Below are positions 16,176-25,075 of a DNA stretch of 57,783 bases, in pieces. The position numbers and the translations under genes are program-made. Numbering within the stretch: the stretch's first letter is position 1; each line of letters begins with the position of its first letter. Source of the stretch: Candidatus Brocadiales bacterium (GTDB lineage: Bacteria > Planctomycetota > Brocadiia > Brocadiales > Bathyanammoxibiaceae); contig JBHIBD010000004.1 in the NCBI GenBank assembly GCA_046758865.1, forward strand, positions 1 through 57,783, read 5' to 3'. The notes beneath the pieces were generated by a model. That model saw only the letters and a list, made by a program, of their open reading frames with translations, did not search any database and was not told the origin of the DNA.

Positions 16176-17591
16176 TTATTGATAAAATCCAAAGAAAATG
16201 AGCTCAAAGGCCAGCCCCACTATACAGCAGGCCACCATCGTAGTGGTGCCTGCCTTGAGCCATGTCCTCATGGTAATTGGATACTTGGTCCTTTCGCTCA
16301 CAGAAATGGTGACCACATTGGCCGTGGAACCTATAGGCGTACCATTGCCACCGAATCCTACCCCCATGGCCAGCGCCCACCAGAGGGGCATTACGCCGAC
16401 ACCCTGTGTCTCTAGGTGTTGTATTATAGGTATCATGGCAATGGTAAATGGGATGTTGTCTACAATAGCCGAGCTTATCGCGGCTACCCAGAAGAGTAAG
16501 GCACACGTGAACAGAGGATTTGTGTGGGCATAAGTGCTAATCTTATTACCGACTATCTCCAGTATGCCAGCCTTCTCTATACCACCCACACACACAAAAA
16601 GGGCAATAAAGAACAAGAGTACACTCCAGTGCACCTCCTTTAAGATATCGTCAGGATCGGGCTGCACCCATATGAGGGCGATGGCAACACCAAACATGGC
16701 AACACTTGACGGAAAGAGGCCTAGCTTGCCTTGGAAAAAGAATAATGATACAACTATCCCCAGGGCAATCAATACCTTCTTCAGGGTGGCCCTGTCGGTA
16801 ATGCTCTCGTTTTCGTTCATCTTTAGGAGGCCTTCGATATTCTTGGGCTTTTGGGATAGTTCCTTCCTCAATACAAGTTTGAGTACAAACAGGCATACAA
16901 TCCAACTTAGCAGCACAGGCGGGCCAAGATGTATGATAAAAGAATTGAAGCTCAGGCCAGTAACAGACCCTATAATCATGTTCGGTGGGTCACCGACCAG
17001 CGTGGCAACACCGCCCACGTCTGAGAGCAAGGCCTCGGAAAGTAGAATTGGAATAGGATTAACGCCTAATATCTCACATATGGCGACCGTCACCGGGGCC
17101 ATCACCACCACAATGGTAACATTATTAATCATCAGTGATCCTACAGTGGCAACAGTACCCAGGAGCACCGTTAGGCGCCATGGATCGCCCATGGTCTTTT
17201 TTGCAGTAACAATGGCGAGGTAATCAAAGAAGCCCGTCTTCTGAATCATGACCACCATGACCATCATGGCAAAAAGAAGGCCTATCGTGTACCAGTCTAT
17301 GGCTGCTACAGCATCGACCTGGGAATAAAATCCAAGCCAGTGCCCCGCCATGCCAATAGCCACTGCCCCGCAAACGCTAGCTGTAGTTCGGTGGATTTTC
17401 TCAGAGAGGATAGCAATATAGGTAACGGCAAAAATGATTCCGGCTATGCCTACATGGAGCGGGATCTTCTGGAGGGTCTCAAACTTCGATGCAACCAGAA
17501 CCCCAATATAGGCAGTCACAATTATTACAAAACAATAGGCAACTAAACGTAGCGGGGAAAGGCCCATGAGGCCGTTACGAGAGGTCTGCAT
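16176..17591 (-). CDS. ArsB/NhaD/CitMHS-type (ion-transporter superfamily) permease, copy 1
   Basis: 471 aa, about 12 TM. LVGDPPNMIIG signature shared with copy 2, in a two-repeat architecture. Confidence 0.85.
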   Translation of the reverse strand: MQTSRNGLMGLSPLRLVAYCFVIIVTAYIGVLVASKFETLQKIPLHVGIAGIIFAVTYIAILSEKIHRTTASVCGAVAIGMAGHWLGFYSQVDAVAAIDWYTIGLLFAMMVMVVMIQKTGFFDYLAIVTAKKTMGDPWRLTVLLGTVATVGSLMINNVTIVVVMAPVTVAICEILGVNPIPILLSEALLSDVGGVATLVGDPPNMIIGSVTGLSFNSFIIHLGPPVLLSWIVCLFVLKLVLRKELSQKPKNIEGLLKMNENESITDRATLKKVLIALGIVVSLFFFQGKLGLFPSSVAMFGVAIALIWVQPDPDDILKEVHWSVLLFFIALFVCVGGIEKAGILEIVGNKISTYAHTNPLFTCALLFWVAAISSAIVDNIPFTIAMIPIIQHLETQGVGVMPLWWALAMGVGFGGNGTPIGSTANVVTISVSERTKYPITMRTWLKAGTTTMVACCIVGLAFELIFFGFYQ

Positions 17592-17647
17592 CTGTTCCCA
17601 CCTGTAGGCAGTAACAAAGGTGTCGTATCGTTAAAATAAAAAGTTAG

Positions 17648-17676
17648 AAAATAACATCAGATAGGGATTTTGTCAA
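17648..17676 (-). promoter_or_regulatory. candidate sigma70 promoter for permease copy 1 (TTGACA-17-TATTTT on the minus strand)
   Basis: Plus-strand tgtcaa 17671-17676 and aaaata 17648-17653. Confidence 0.35.
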
Positions 17677-17704
17677 GAAAATATGATGGCCGGATTATCT
17701 GTGA

Positions 17705-18235
17705 CTAGTTAGGTGTGATAAGCTGGGTCAAGGTCTTTTCCATTTTAATAGCAGTAGAACCGTCTTTGTAATACCCTGGCAGCTTCTGAGATTCGACAAA
17801 TCCGCTCTTGCTGTAAAACTTTTGGGCAGAGATGTTACCCTCCTTTACCTCTAAGGCAAGACGATTAACACCCTTAGGCACACACTCCTTCTCTAGCCTG
17901 GAAAGGAGCTCCGACGCAACGTTCCTGTGTCTAAAATCTTCCTGCAGGCAAAATGTACATATATTGCACGTCCTAGACCTCCTATGTAGTGTGCCTATAA
18001 TATATCCGACGAGACTACCATCCGCAGTAGCAACGATGGCCACAGAATCGGGAGATTTAAGGAGGTATCCTATCTGCCTACGACTGAAGGCCTCCTCATG
18101 AAAGTGGTCCTTCTCTAGAGCCTCTATCTCAGACAGATGTTCAGGGGATGCCTTCTCGTATCTTATATTAAACACTTGGCCTACAATTCCTTGATTGCCG
18201 GGTCTGACGCTCACGCTGGATGAACCTCCCACCAC
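17705..18235 (-). CDS. GNAT-family N-acetyltransferase (RimI-like)
   Basis: Acetyl-CoA-binding region FCLQEDFRHRNVASELLSRLE...LEVKEGNISAQKFYSKSGF. The maximal ORF starts at GTG 18235. By homology the true start is more likely GTG 18175 (VFNIRYEK...). Confidence 0.8.
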   Translation of the reverse strand: MVGGSSSVSVRPGNQGIVGQVFNIRYEKASPEHLSEIEALEKDHFHEEAFSRRQIGYLLKSPDSVAIVATADGSLVGYIIGTLHRRSRTCNICTFCLQEDFRHRNVASELLSRLEKECVPKGVNRLALEVKEGNISAQKFYSKSGFVESQKLPGYYKDGSTAIKMEKTLTQLITPN

Positions 18236-18246
18236 AGACTTGTTAC

Positions 18247-18624
18247 TCAGCTACAGGATAGAGCCTTAATGTTCTCCAAAAGCTGGTCAAGTTTTAAAGG
18301 CTTAGCCATGACCACATCTATCCCGTTATCCTCCATCTCCTCTTGGTGGATCTGCCGGTTCCTGCCTGTAATAAGCACAACCGGGGTCTTCTGCCCCTTC
18401 CTTGAAGAGAACTCCTTAACAGCCCCGGCCACCTCAATGCCTGTCATATAAGGCATTTCTGCAGAACAGAGAATCAGGTCGTAACCGCCCCTCCTCAAAA
18501 GACCCATGCCCTCTATACCATCAGGGGCCGTGGTGACACCGTAACCCTCGTATCTTAGAAAGCTGGCATATATATTCCGGTGAGTCTCCTCGCAGTCTAT
18601 TAAAAGAATCCTGGCCTTGGTCAT
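18247..18624 (-). CDS. stand-alone receiver (CheY-like) domain lacking the phospho-acceptor Asp
   Basis: RILLIDCEE...GGYDLILCSAEMPYMTG...VVLITG...VMAKPL aligns with CheY. The Asp57 position is Ser and the Asp13 position is Cys, while the Thr87 and Lys109 equivalents are retained. Confidence 0.8.
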   Translation of the reverse strand: MTKARILLIDCEETHRNIYASFLRYEGYGVTTAPDGIEGMGLLRRGGYDLILCSAEMPYMTGIEVAGAVKEFSSRKGQKTPVVLITGRNRQIHQEEMEDNGIDVVMAKPLKLDQLLENIKALSCS

Positions 18625-18731
18625 CTTAACAGCATTACCATCCCGTTAAACACCTAAATCAAATAGCAACTTCTTCACATGCAATATCTTAAATGAACAC
18701 TCGTTATATGGGATATATGGAGGTCCACAGA

Positions 18732-19037
18732 TTACTCATCTTCAATTCCCCCAAGGGCAACCTCCTTAGCAGCTTCTCTATCCGTCTCCTCTTCCTCCCA
18801 CTCATCCTCTGGAAACTCCTCCTCCATTATGCCTTCCTCATCATACTCCTCAGTCTCTGAATATCCTTCGTCTGACTCCTGTTCCTGCGTGGTTGACCCG
18901 TTACTACCTTCCTCTGCAGCTATACTAAGGAGGCCCGCAGCCGCTTTTTCTGAGAAAGGTTCTCCCCACGCTTCAGCTTCGAGGATGCAGGTCATTAAAA
19001 CCAGTATAAAACACCTAACCAGCTTCTGTCGGCACAT
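18732..19037 (-). CDS. secreted or anchored poly-acidic protein
   Basis: ATG 19037 preceded by AAGGA. Signal or anchor segment LVRCFILVLMTCILEAEA. The remainder is dominated by Glu/Asp (EEYDEEGIMEEEFPEDEWEEEETD). Confidence 0.5.
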   Translation of the reverse strand: MCRQKLVRCFILVLMTCILEAEAWGEPFSEKAAAGLLSIAAEEGSNGSTTQEQESDEGYSETEEYDEEGIMEEEFPEDEWEEEETDREAAKEVALGGIEDE

Positions 19038-19169
19038 TTCTTTCCTTCGATACAAACCCGTCTGACTTACTCATTCGTGATAATAAATCATTATATATCA
19101 ATCGCCGCACATATTCACAAACATTTTATTGCCTATCACCGATATGTCAACGACAGGTGAGCTATATCA

Positions 19170-20435
19170 TCATTTCCATACAATCCAGAGGAATACAGAC
19201 GATGACACTACAGCGGCTATGGTAAATGGCAGCCCTATCCTAGTAAAGCCCATAAAGGATACCTGGACATTCCGTTTTCTAAGGAGTCCAACGCCCACAA
19301 TATTCGCTGAGGCACCAACAGGGGTGATATTGCCCCCCAGACAAGAGCCCACCAGGAGACCAAAGAGCAAAAGCATCGGCGAATTATGTATATCTTGCCC
19401 AAGTTGCTGCGACACGGGAATCATCGCTAGAAGATAGGGAACATTATCAATAAAAGCAGAGAAGATTACAGATAGAGATACTATTAGAAAAAATGCCCCA
19501 AATAGATTATCGCCACTAATGCCCTTTATAGCTACCGCAATGTCATTGACCCAACCGGCCGAATTCAGGCTTCCCACTATAACAAATATCCCCATCAGAA
19601 AAAGGGTTGTGTTCCAATCAAGACCGGTAACAAAGTCTCTCATATTACCGCCAAATGAGGTCTTATACCACAGGATTCCGACTACGCCAAAGGCCATGCA
19701 TATTGCACCTGCCATGTACCCAAAACCTGGGTCAAGAAATGATGCCGTAGCCAGGGCAAGTATAAGAAGTACTAGCATCCATGTAGGTATCCAGGAGCTA
19801 ACCTTCTCCACCTCAATTACCCCCACCGGCTGCCGGTACCCTCTAAACAAGAGATAGAGGACGGCGAATGACGCCAGGGCTCCTATCTCCACTGCAAAGA
19901 AGATGCTTGGCCTGCCCTGATAGAAGAAGAAGTCGTTGAAGGTCATCCCCGTCCAGCCGGCCAGAATCATACTGGGTGGGTCACCAATAAGTGTTGCCGT
20001 ACCCTGGAGGTTGGAGCATATAGCCAGAGAGATAATAAATAAACTGGGACAAACGGCCAGCCTATCGGCAATTGCAAGTGCGATAGGCGCCACTATTAGA
20101 ACGGTTGCGACATTCTCTACAAAGGCAGACAAAACACTTGTGAGGCAGCATACAAGGAGCATGGCCGTACATACATTGCCCGCCCTGTTCACCAAAAGCT
20201 CAGCCAGATACGCAGGCATCTTGGAGAGCATAAAGAGCTCTGCCACGACCAGCGTGCCCACAAAGATGCCCATTACGTTCCAGTTAATGGACGTCAGGGC
20301 TTCCCATGGGCTTACCACCCCCAGGAACACGAGCGACAAGGCGCCTACACACGCACAGTAGGCTCGATGTCTGGGTAGGAAGATAAAGCCCGCATAGGAA
20401 GCGATAAAGACAATCAGAGAGACATACTTTTCCAT
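19170..20435 (-). CDS. ArsB/NhaD/CitMHS-type permease, copy 2
   Basis: 421 aa, multi-pass. LIGDPPSMILAG signature. Same family as 16176-17591. Confidence 0.85.
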   Translation of the reverse strand: MEKYVSLIVFIASYAGFIFLPRHRAYCACVGALSLVFLGVVSPWEALTSINWNVMGIFVGTLVVAELFMLSKMPAYLAELLVNRAGNVCTAMLLVCCLTSVLSAFVENVATVLIVAPIALAIADRLAVCPSLFIISLAICSNLQGTATLIGDPPSMILAGWTGMTFNDFFFYQGRPSIFFAVEIGALASFAVLYLLFRGYRQPVGVIEVEKVSSWIPTWMLVLLILALATASFLDPGFGYMAGAICMAFGVVGILWYKTSFGGNMRDFVTGLDWNTTLFLMGIFVIVGSLNSAGWVNDIAVAIKGISGDNLFGAFFLIVSLSVIFSAFIDNVPYLLAMIPVSQQLGQDIHNSPMLLLFGLLVGSCLGGNITPVGASANIVGVGLLRKRNVQVSFMGFTRIGLPFTIAAVVSSSVFLWIVWK

Positions 20436-20537
20436 GGCGAGTGAATCTTTTGAGTCAAAAACAAAAGGAGACCGAAGGGAGCTTTAACGCCTCCGGCCTC
20501 ACATGACGCCAAAAAGAGTGTCACCTATCTATCTACC

Positions 20538-20705
20538 TTATTTTTTACTACACAGGCACTCTTTTGACTTACCCCTCCAGCGATCACAGTCACATCCCTT
20601 CTTGCACTCCTTGCTTTTGGCCTACTTGGCCAAGGTACGCCCCCCAGGCCCGACAGGAACAAAACGAAGGCCCAGAGACAAAGGACTCAACTACCACTGA
20701 AGGTA
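20538..20705 (-). pseudogene. decayed tandem copy of the Cys-rich secreted protein gene
   Basis: DNA is clearly alignable with 20880-21010 of the intact gene over about 85 nt, best across a core of about 55 nt (cacaggcactcttttgacttaccc... vs cacgggcactcctctgacttaccc...). Reads LSPLSLGLRFVPVGPGGRTLAK-TAG-AKSKECKKGCDCDRWRGKSKECLCSKK. In-frame TAG at 20622-20624, frameshift in the signal-peptide part, lost Cys, and truncated. Confidence 0.55.
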
Positions 20706-20747
20706 CAATACAATACGGCGCTCTTAGGTAAGACCGTTTTACAGGGG

Positions 20748-21062
20748 TTAATACCCAGACCTTTTCCTTCGCTCCTCCATCTTTTCCATTACACAGTCAG
20801 GGCACCTGTTGCAGTTAGTGGGGCACCTCTCATGCCCGCACTTCTCACACTTTGCAGGCTGCTCTTGCGCCTTCTTGGCACACGGGCACTCCTCTGACTT
20901 ACCCATGCAGTGGTCACACTTACATCCCTTCTCGCACGCACACTTGGTCTCCTGGGCCAATGTGTTGCTGGGCCTTACCGTCTCCAAACCTAGACTCAAA
21001 CCAAGAGAAATGGCCGCAAAAAATACTACCGGTGCAACTACAACGGAAAGCCTTTTAAACAT
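20748..21062 (-). CDS. secreted Cys-rich (CxC/CxxC) small protein, metallothionein-like
   Basis: Signal peptide MFKRLSVVVAPVVFFAAISLGLSLG, then 16 Cys in about 60 aa: CAC, CKC, CDHC, CPC, CEKC, CPTNC, CPDC. Confidence 0.6.
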   Translation of the reverse strand: MFKRLSVVVAPVVFFAAISLGLSLGLETVRPSNTLAQETKCACEKGCKCDHCMGKSEECPCAKKAQEQPAKCEKCGHERCPTNCNRCPDCVMEKMEERRKRSGY

Positions 21063-21698
21063 AACAGACCACCCTTCTATAAAACAACCTCCTTAGAAAA
21101 ATTGATGTTTACTCTAACTGAAAATACTTGAGTTTAAGTATAACAGTAAACGGCTTTTATCATACAAAGAACAGGATGTCAATAGGGAAGGCCTACCCTC
21201 TCAAATATAAGTTCAGACATTGGTACAGGCTGTGTCCACTAAAAGACTTAAAGCACTTTTTATAACATCCCGGGCAACCCTCTTCCCCAGCTCTGGAAAC
21301 TCAAACAAAACCTACATAATCCCTTGTACTTTCTCTACCCATTCCTGCCCACATGCCCACTATTTGGCCGATTTACAAAGCTATCCCCAGAAATCCCACA
21401 ACCATTTTGAAGACGCATACCAATCAAAAAGATTGTTCTTCAAGCCCTTGCCCAATAAAATGGTTTCCATAGCTAACTGGCGGCTGTAAGGAGCGAAGTG
21501 GCCCGAGTCAAGCTCTCAGGGGAGGAGGTGATGAGAAACATACGGCAAATGGTCGCACAACACAAGATTATCCTGGAAACGATACGGGAAAGCGCCCCTT
21601 CCGAGGTTTGTACACGTTAGGCGTCTTAGCGTCGGGTTCTACTGAAAAAAAGCCCGCATTTCAAACACTCATTACATAGAGGGATGGAATGGGGACAA

Positions 21699-21731
21699 TA
21701 AAAAAGCAGGCCCCTAAAGCCTGCTTTTTTT
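21699..21731. terminator. bidirectional rho-independent terminator (downstream of ftsH)
   Basis: A-run 21700-21705, stem agcaggc/gcctgct (21705-21711/21719-21725), T-run 21725-21731. Confidence 0.75.
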
Positions 21732-21761
21732 ATTCTCAAACGGTCCCGCTGTCTTATAGCC

Positions 21762-23705
21762 TCATTGGCTCTTTCGTCCACCACTTGGGTTCTCGGACCC
21801 AGAGAATGTGGTGACACCGTGGACAGCCTTTTTCTTTTCGTGTCTTTCCCTTTTCTCTTTTTCTTTCTCCTCAATACCCAGGAGGTCTGCTACCGTCTCA
21901 CCCTCCAGAATCTCCTCCTCCTCCAATTTGCGGGCAAGGAGCTCAAGTTTGTCCCTATTTTCAGATAGCAACCGACAGGCCTTGTCGTAGCTTTCTTTTA
22001 CAATCTTGGTAACTTCCTCATCGATGGCAATAGCCGTGTTCTCACTATACTCCTTTTCCTGCACCAAATCATGGCCCAAAAAGATGTTGCCTGACTGCCT
22101 CCCAAATGTCTGCGGCCCAAGCTTTTCGCTCATACCAAATTTACAGACGTAGTCCCTGGCCAGGCGTGTTACCTTTTCAAGGTCATTGTGCGCACCCGTA
22201 GATATCTCTCCAAAAATCAGGGCCTCGGCCGCCCTTCCACCTAGGAACACGCACAGCATGTCCAAAATCTCAGACTTAGTGGTTAGATACTTATCCTCCG
22301 TGGGCAGTTGGAGTGTATAGCCCAGTGCCGCAGAACCCCTGGGTATTATGGATACCTTGTGCACGGGGTCAGTGTTGGGGAGTAGGGCAGCTACCAGGGT
22401 ATGGCCAGACTCATGGTAGGCCACCGTATTTTTCTCCTCCGCACTCATTACCCTACTCTTACGCTCAGGGCCAGCTATCACCCTATCGATAGCGTCTTCC
22501 ATCTCTTCCGTCTCTACATACTCCTTATTGCGCCGGGCTGCCAGTAGTGCCGCCTCGTTTACCACATTGGCCAGGTCTGCGCCTGAGAACCCGGGGGTGC
22601 GTTTGGCAACGACCTTTAAGTCCACATGTGGGCCCAGCTTTACGTTCTTTGTGTGAACCCTTAGAATCGCCTCCCTCCCGAGGAGGTCGGGCCTATCAAC
22701 GGTTATCTGGCGGTCAAATCTTCCGGGCCTCAGTAAAGCCATGTCCAGGACGTCTGGGCGGTTTGTAGCAGCCATAATAATGACACCCTTTTGGGAGGAG
22801 AATCCGTCCATCTCTGCCAAGAGTTGGTTAAGGGTTTGTTCCCTTTCGTCGTGTCCACCACCCAAGCCGGTTCCCCTCTGCCTGCCCACGCTGTCTATCT
22901 CATCAATAAAGACTATGCACGGGGCCTTCTCCTTTGCCTGCTCGAACATATCTCGTACCCTGGCAGCACCCATGCCGACAAACATCTCCACAAAATCAGA
23001 GCCACTTATGGAAAAGAATGGCACACCTGCCTCTCCCGCTACCGCCCTGGCCAGCAGGGTCTTTCCCGTACCGGGTGCTCCTATCAACAGCACGCCTTTG
23101 GGTATCTTGCCTCCCAACTTCTGGAACCGCTCAGGATAGGAAAGAAAGGCAATTATCTCTTTAAGTTCCTCTTTTGCCTCCTCGCAACCTGCTACGTCCT
23201 CAAAGGTTGTCTTTTCCGATTCACTTTCCGTATAGAGTTTTGTCTTCGCCTTGCCAAACGACATGAAAGGTGCACCCATACCCCCCATGCGCCTGAACAG
23301 GAAGAACCATATTATGCCCATCATGGCCAGGGGGAACAGCCACCACATCAAGAAATTCCTGAGGAAGTTGTTCTCCGCCTCTCCCTTGAAGGTGATATTG
23401 AGCTCCTCCAGCTCAGTAACGAGCTTCGGGTCCTGAACAGCTACAGTAACAAAAGCCACTTCCTCCCATCCCTCACCCTCCTGGGAAGGCCTTCGGTAGC
23501 GGCCTCTTATGTAGGTTTGCCCGACAGAGCAGTCTACTAGCTCACCGTTTTTGAGATATTCTTTAAACTGCGTGTACGTAATCTCTTCCGCCTTAGGTGT
23601 CACCATCACCTGTAGTGCATACATCACCACCAGGAAGAGAAGCAGGTACCCTATAGAAAATGTGGCCCTATTAGATTTCGGCTTCTTTTGGGGTTTCTTT
23701 TCCAT
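21762..23705 (-). CDS. ftsH: ATP-dependent zinc metalloprotease FtsH
   Basis: Two N-terminal TM segments, Walker [19 protein letters not shown], Walker [12 protein letters not shown] region, zinc site HESGHTL. The C-terminus has a Glu/Lys-rich extension. Confidence 0.95.
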   Translation of the reverse strand: MEKKPQKKPKSNRATFSIGYLLLFLVVMYALQVMVTPKAEEITYTQFKEYLKNGELVDCSVGQTYIRGRYRRPSQEGEGWEEVAFVTVAVQDPKLVTELEELNITFKGEAENNFLRNFLMWWLFPLAMMGIIWFFLFRRMGGMGAPFMSFGKAKTKLYTESESEKTTFEDVAGCEEAKEELKEIIAFLSYPERFQKLGGKIPKGVLLIGAPGTGKTLLARAVAGEAGVPFFSISGSDFVEMFVGMGAARVRDMFEQAKEKAPCIVFIDEIDSVGRQRGTGLGGGHDEREQTLNQLLAEMDGFSSQKGVIIMAATNRPDVLDMALLRPGRFDRQITVDRPDLLGREAILRVHTKNVKLGPHVDLKVVAKRTPGFSGADLANVVNEAALLAARRNKEYVETEEMEDAIDRVIAGPERKSRVMSAEEKNTVAYHESGHTLVAALLPNTDPVHKVSIIPRGSAALGYTLQLPTEDKYLTTKSEILDMLCVFLGGRAAEALIFGEISTGAHNDLEKVTRLARDYVCKFGMSEKLGPQTFGRQSGNIFLGHDLVQEKEYSENTAIAIDEEVTKIVKESYDKACRLLSENRDKLELLARKLEEEEILEGETVADLLGIEEKEKEKRERHEKKKAVHGVTTFSGSENPSGGRKSQ

Positions 23706-23851
23706 ACTTTCGCTGCGTCCCTCTAACCAAAATTACCACTCACTATAATCTTAGAAGAGTGAGACCGGGCCTTACCGCCCGATTCTCACTTTCCCCAAAT
23801 ATTATATGCAAAGGATTCACGGAAGTCAAAACAATATAAGGTGCTTTTCCA

Positions 23852-23881
23852 TTGACATTTAGTACCGTTTTTGTCTAAATT
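23852..23881 (+). promoter_or_regulatory. candidate sigma70 promoter for tRNA-Pro (TTGACA-18-TAAATT)
   Basis: ttgaca 23852-23857, taaatt 23876-23881, 64 nt upstream of the tRNA. Confidence 0.4.
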
Positions 23882-23944
23882 GGGCAGGGTTTGATTTGGC
23901 TAGCAACAAAAATTCTATCAAGATATAAGTAAGGTATCTCCCGT

Positions 23945-24023
23945 CGGGGCGTGGCGCAGCCTGGCTTAGCGCGCTACCTTGGGGTGGTAGAGGTCGCTGG
24001 TTCGAATCCAGTCGCCCCGACCA
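23945..24023 (+). tRNA. tRNA-Pro (anticodon GGG), CCA encoded
   Basis: Acceptor cggggcg/cgccccg, anticodon arm ctacc-ttGGGgt-ggtag, T arm gctgg-ttcgaat-ccagt, discriminator a24020, cca 24021-24023. Confidence 0.9.
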
Positions 24024-24152
24024 TTTTTCACATCACAACCCCCTCTGTGAATAAGGTCTAGCGAAAGCTGTACGGATTTTTTAATTTGGCGGTGTCGAGG
24101 TTCTTGTCTGTATACTGTACGCACACATTAAATTAAGGTACACACTAAAGTC

Positions 24153-24206
24153 CCTAAACAAAAGAGGCGTGGAAGGTTTGAAGACCTTCCGCGCCTCTTA
24201 CATTTT
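24153..24206. terminator. long-stem terminator between tRNA-Pro and the convergent minus-strand gene
   Basis: 15-bp stem agaggcgtggaaggt / accttccgcgcctct (24163-24177 / 24184-24198). The minus strand is followed by TTTTGTTT and the plus strand by a T-rich run. Confidence 0.65.
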
Positions 24207-24255
24207 CTTCCCTAAAAATATCGCCAACTATGAGGAAAAACCAAACAATCTACTA

Positions 24256-24693
24256 TTACTTTGCGTCCTCGTAGAGGCTGTAGTGCGCCTTGAAGTCCTT
24301 GCACTCGAAGTTGGCGCTGCCGTTTCCAGTAGCTATAATCAGCCGCTTTTCCACTACCGGGGCGTGATGACCGCTGACATATACAGGTATTGTGCTATCC
24401 ACAAGGCCCATCTCTGGGTTCCAAGGGAAGCACCTCACCTCATACGTTTTGCCTGAATCGGGTACGTTTATAGTGCAGCCAGAGCCAGTAGTATCAATGC
24501 AGACAAAGACGGGGGTAGCAGTGTTCTTTACCCTGGCGCTAAACTCAGCAGGGACACCCTTACCTGTATCCTTATTTACCAGCTTACACTTTATACCTGC
24601 AACCGCCTGGTCGCTGAAGGAGTATGATGCCACTGAAAAGCATACTAGGCTCCCCAGGACCAAGGCACCTGCCATCCTTAACAAACTCCTCAT
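24256..24693 (-). CDS. secreted hypothetical protein
   Basis: SD AAGGAGGG at 24702-24709 places the start at ATG 24693 (MRSLLRMAGALVLGSLVCFSVASYS signal peptide). Cys-containing beta-rich mature part with no motif I recognise. Confidence 0.55.
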   Translation of the reverse strand: MRSLLRMAGALVLGSLVCFSVASYSFSDQAVAGIKCKLVNKDTGKGVPAEFSARVKNTATPVFVCIDTTGSGCTINVPDSGKTYEVRCFPWNPEMGLVDSTIPVYVSGHHAPVVEKRLIIATGNGSANFECKDFKAHYSLYEDAK

Positions 24694-24722
24694 CTCGAAC
24701 ACCCTCCTTTCTCGGCTTGGAT

Positions 24723-24750
24723 ATTATACAGCCTTCATAAGCCCCCACAA
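24723..24750 (-). promoter_or_regulatory. candidate sigma70 promoter (TTGTGG-16-TATAAT on the minus strand)
   Basis: Plus-strand ccacaa 24745-24750 and attata 24723-24728, about 30 nt upstream of ATG 24693. Confidence 0.45.
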
Positions 24751-24907
24751 AATTTCGAAAAAAATATTACTCGTATAACCTGCCCATGTCAAGGAAAATA
24801 TTGACCATGGCTGTTGAATACATAGACATGATAACACACACCGAGACCTCGGGAAAATCTGTTTTTGTGGTGGATGGCCTAGGCACCCTAATTTTAACTG
24901 TATACAG

Positions 24908-25075
24908 GAGTAGGGTACGCAGCAACTCACCCTACTAATCTTCCCGAACGAAACGCAGTTTCTGTGTAGGGACGGGCCTCGCAGTTGTGCGAGAACTGAC
25001 AGAAACGAGTTCGTCAAAAGCAAATCTCCGCCAAAGGCAGATACGCCTTCGGCATAACCACCCTCCGGAGGCTGC
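24908..25075. repeat. mosaic array 6 of palindromic modules
   Basis: gtagggt...accctac 24910-24935. Nested cgaac/gttcg (24945-24949/25009-25013) and gtttctgt/acagaaac (24958-24965/24999-25006) around gtagggac head 24966 and ctcgca-gttg-tgcgag 24978-24993. cctccggagg palindrome 25062-25071. Confidence 0.65.

Noticed and set aside
20622-20624. In-frame TAG in the second Cys-rich copy as a pyrrolysine or read-through codon
   Set aside because: The same copy also has a frameshift in its signal peptide, lost Cys residues and early truncation, and nothing Pyl-related is nearby. Simple pseudogenisation explains it.
12851-21062. Magnetosome-island interpretation (TPR protein as MamA, NhaD-type permeases as MamN, acidic proteins as Mms/MamJ-like)
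   Set aside because: No MamK, MamB/M (CDF), MamE/O/P, MamI/Q or mad/man-type genes are present. The TPR protein is a 780-aa lipoprotein rather than a MamA-sized protein. The resemblance is limited to generic families.
21220-21489. ORF 21220-21489(+), 89 aa, in the long gap before ftsH
   Set aside because: TTG start, no SD, and a His/Pro/Ser/Thr-biased composition that simply reflects the C-rich strand. It is treated as non-coding.
21470-21530. aACTGGCGgctgtaagg... resembling the ZTP riboswitch core upstream of the micro-ORF
   Set aside because: Only the 7-mer matches. The expected P2/P3 helices and the CGCCUGGGC element are absent.
24724-25023. ORF 24724-25023(-), 99 aa
   Set aside because: It spans a promoter region and repeat array 6, with no SD and no recognisable fold.
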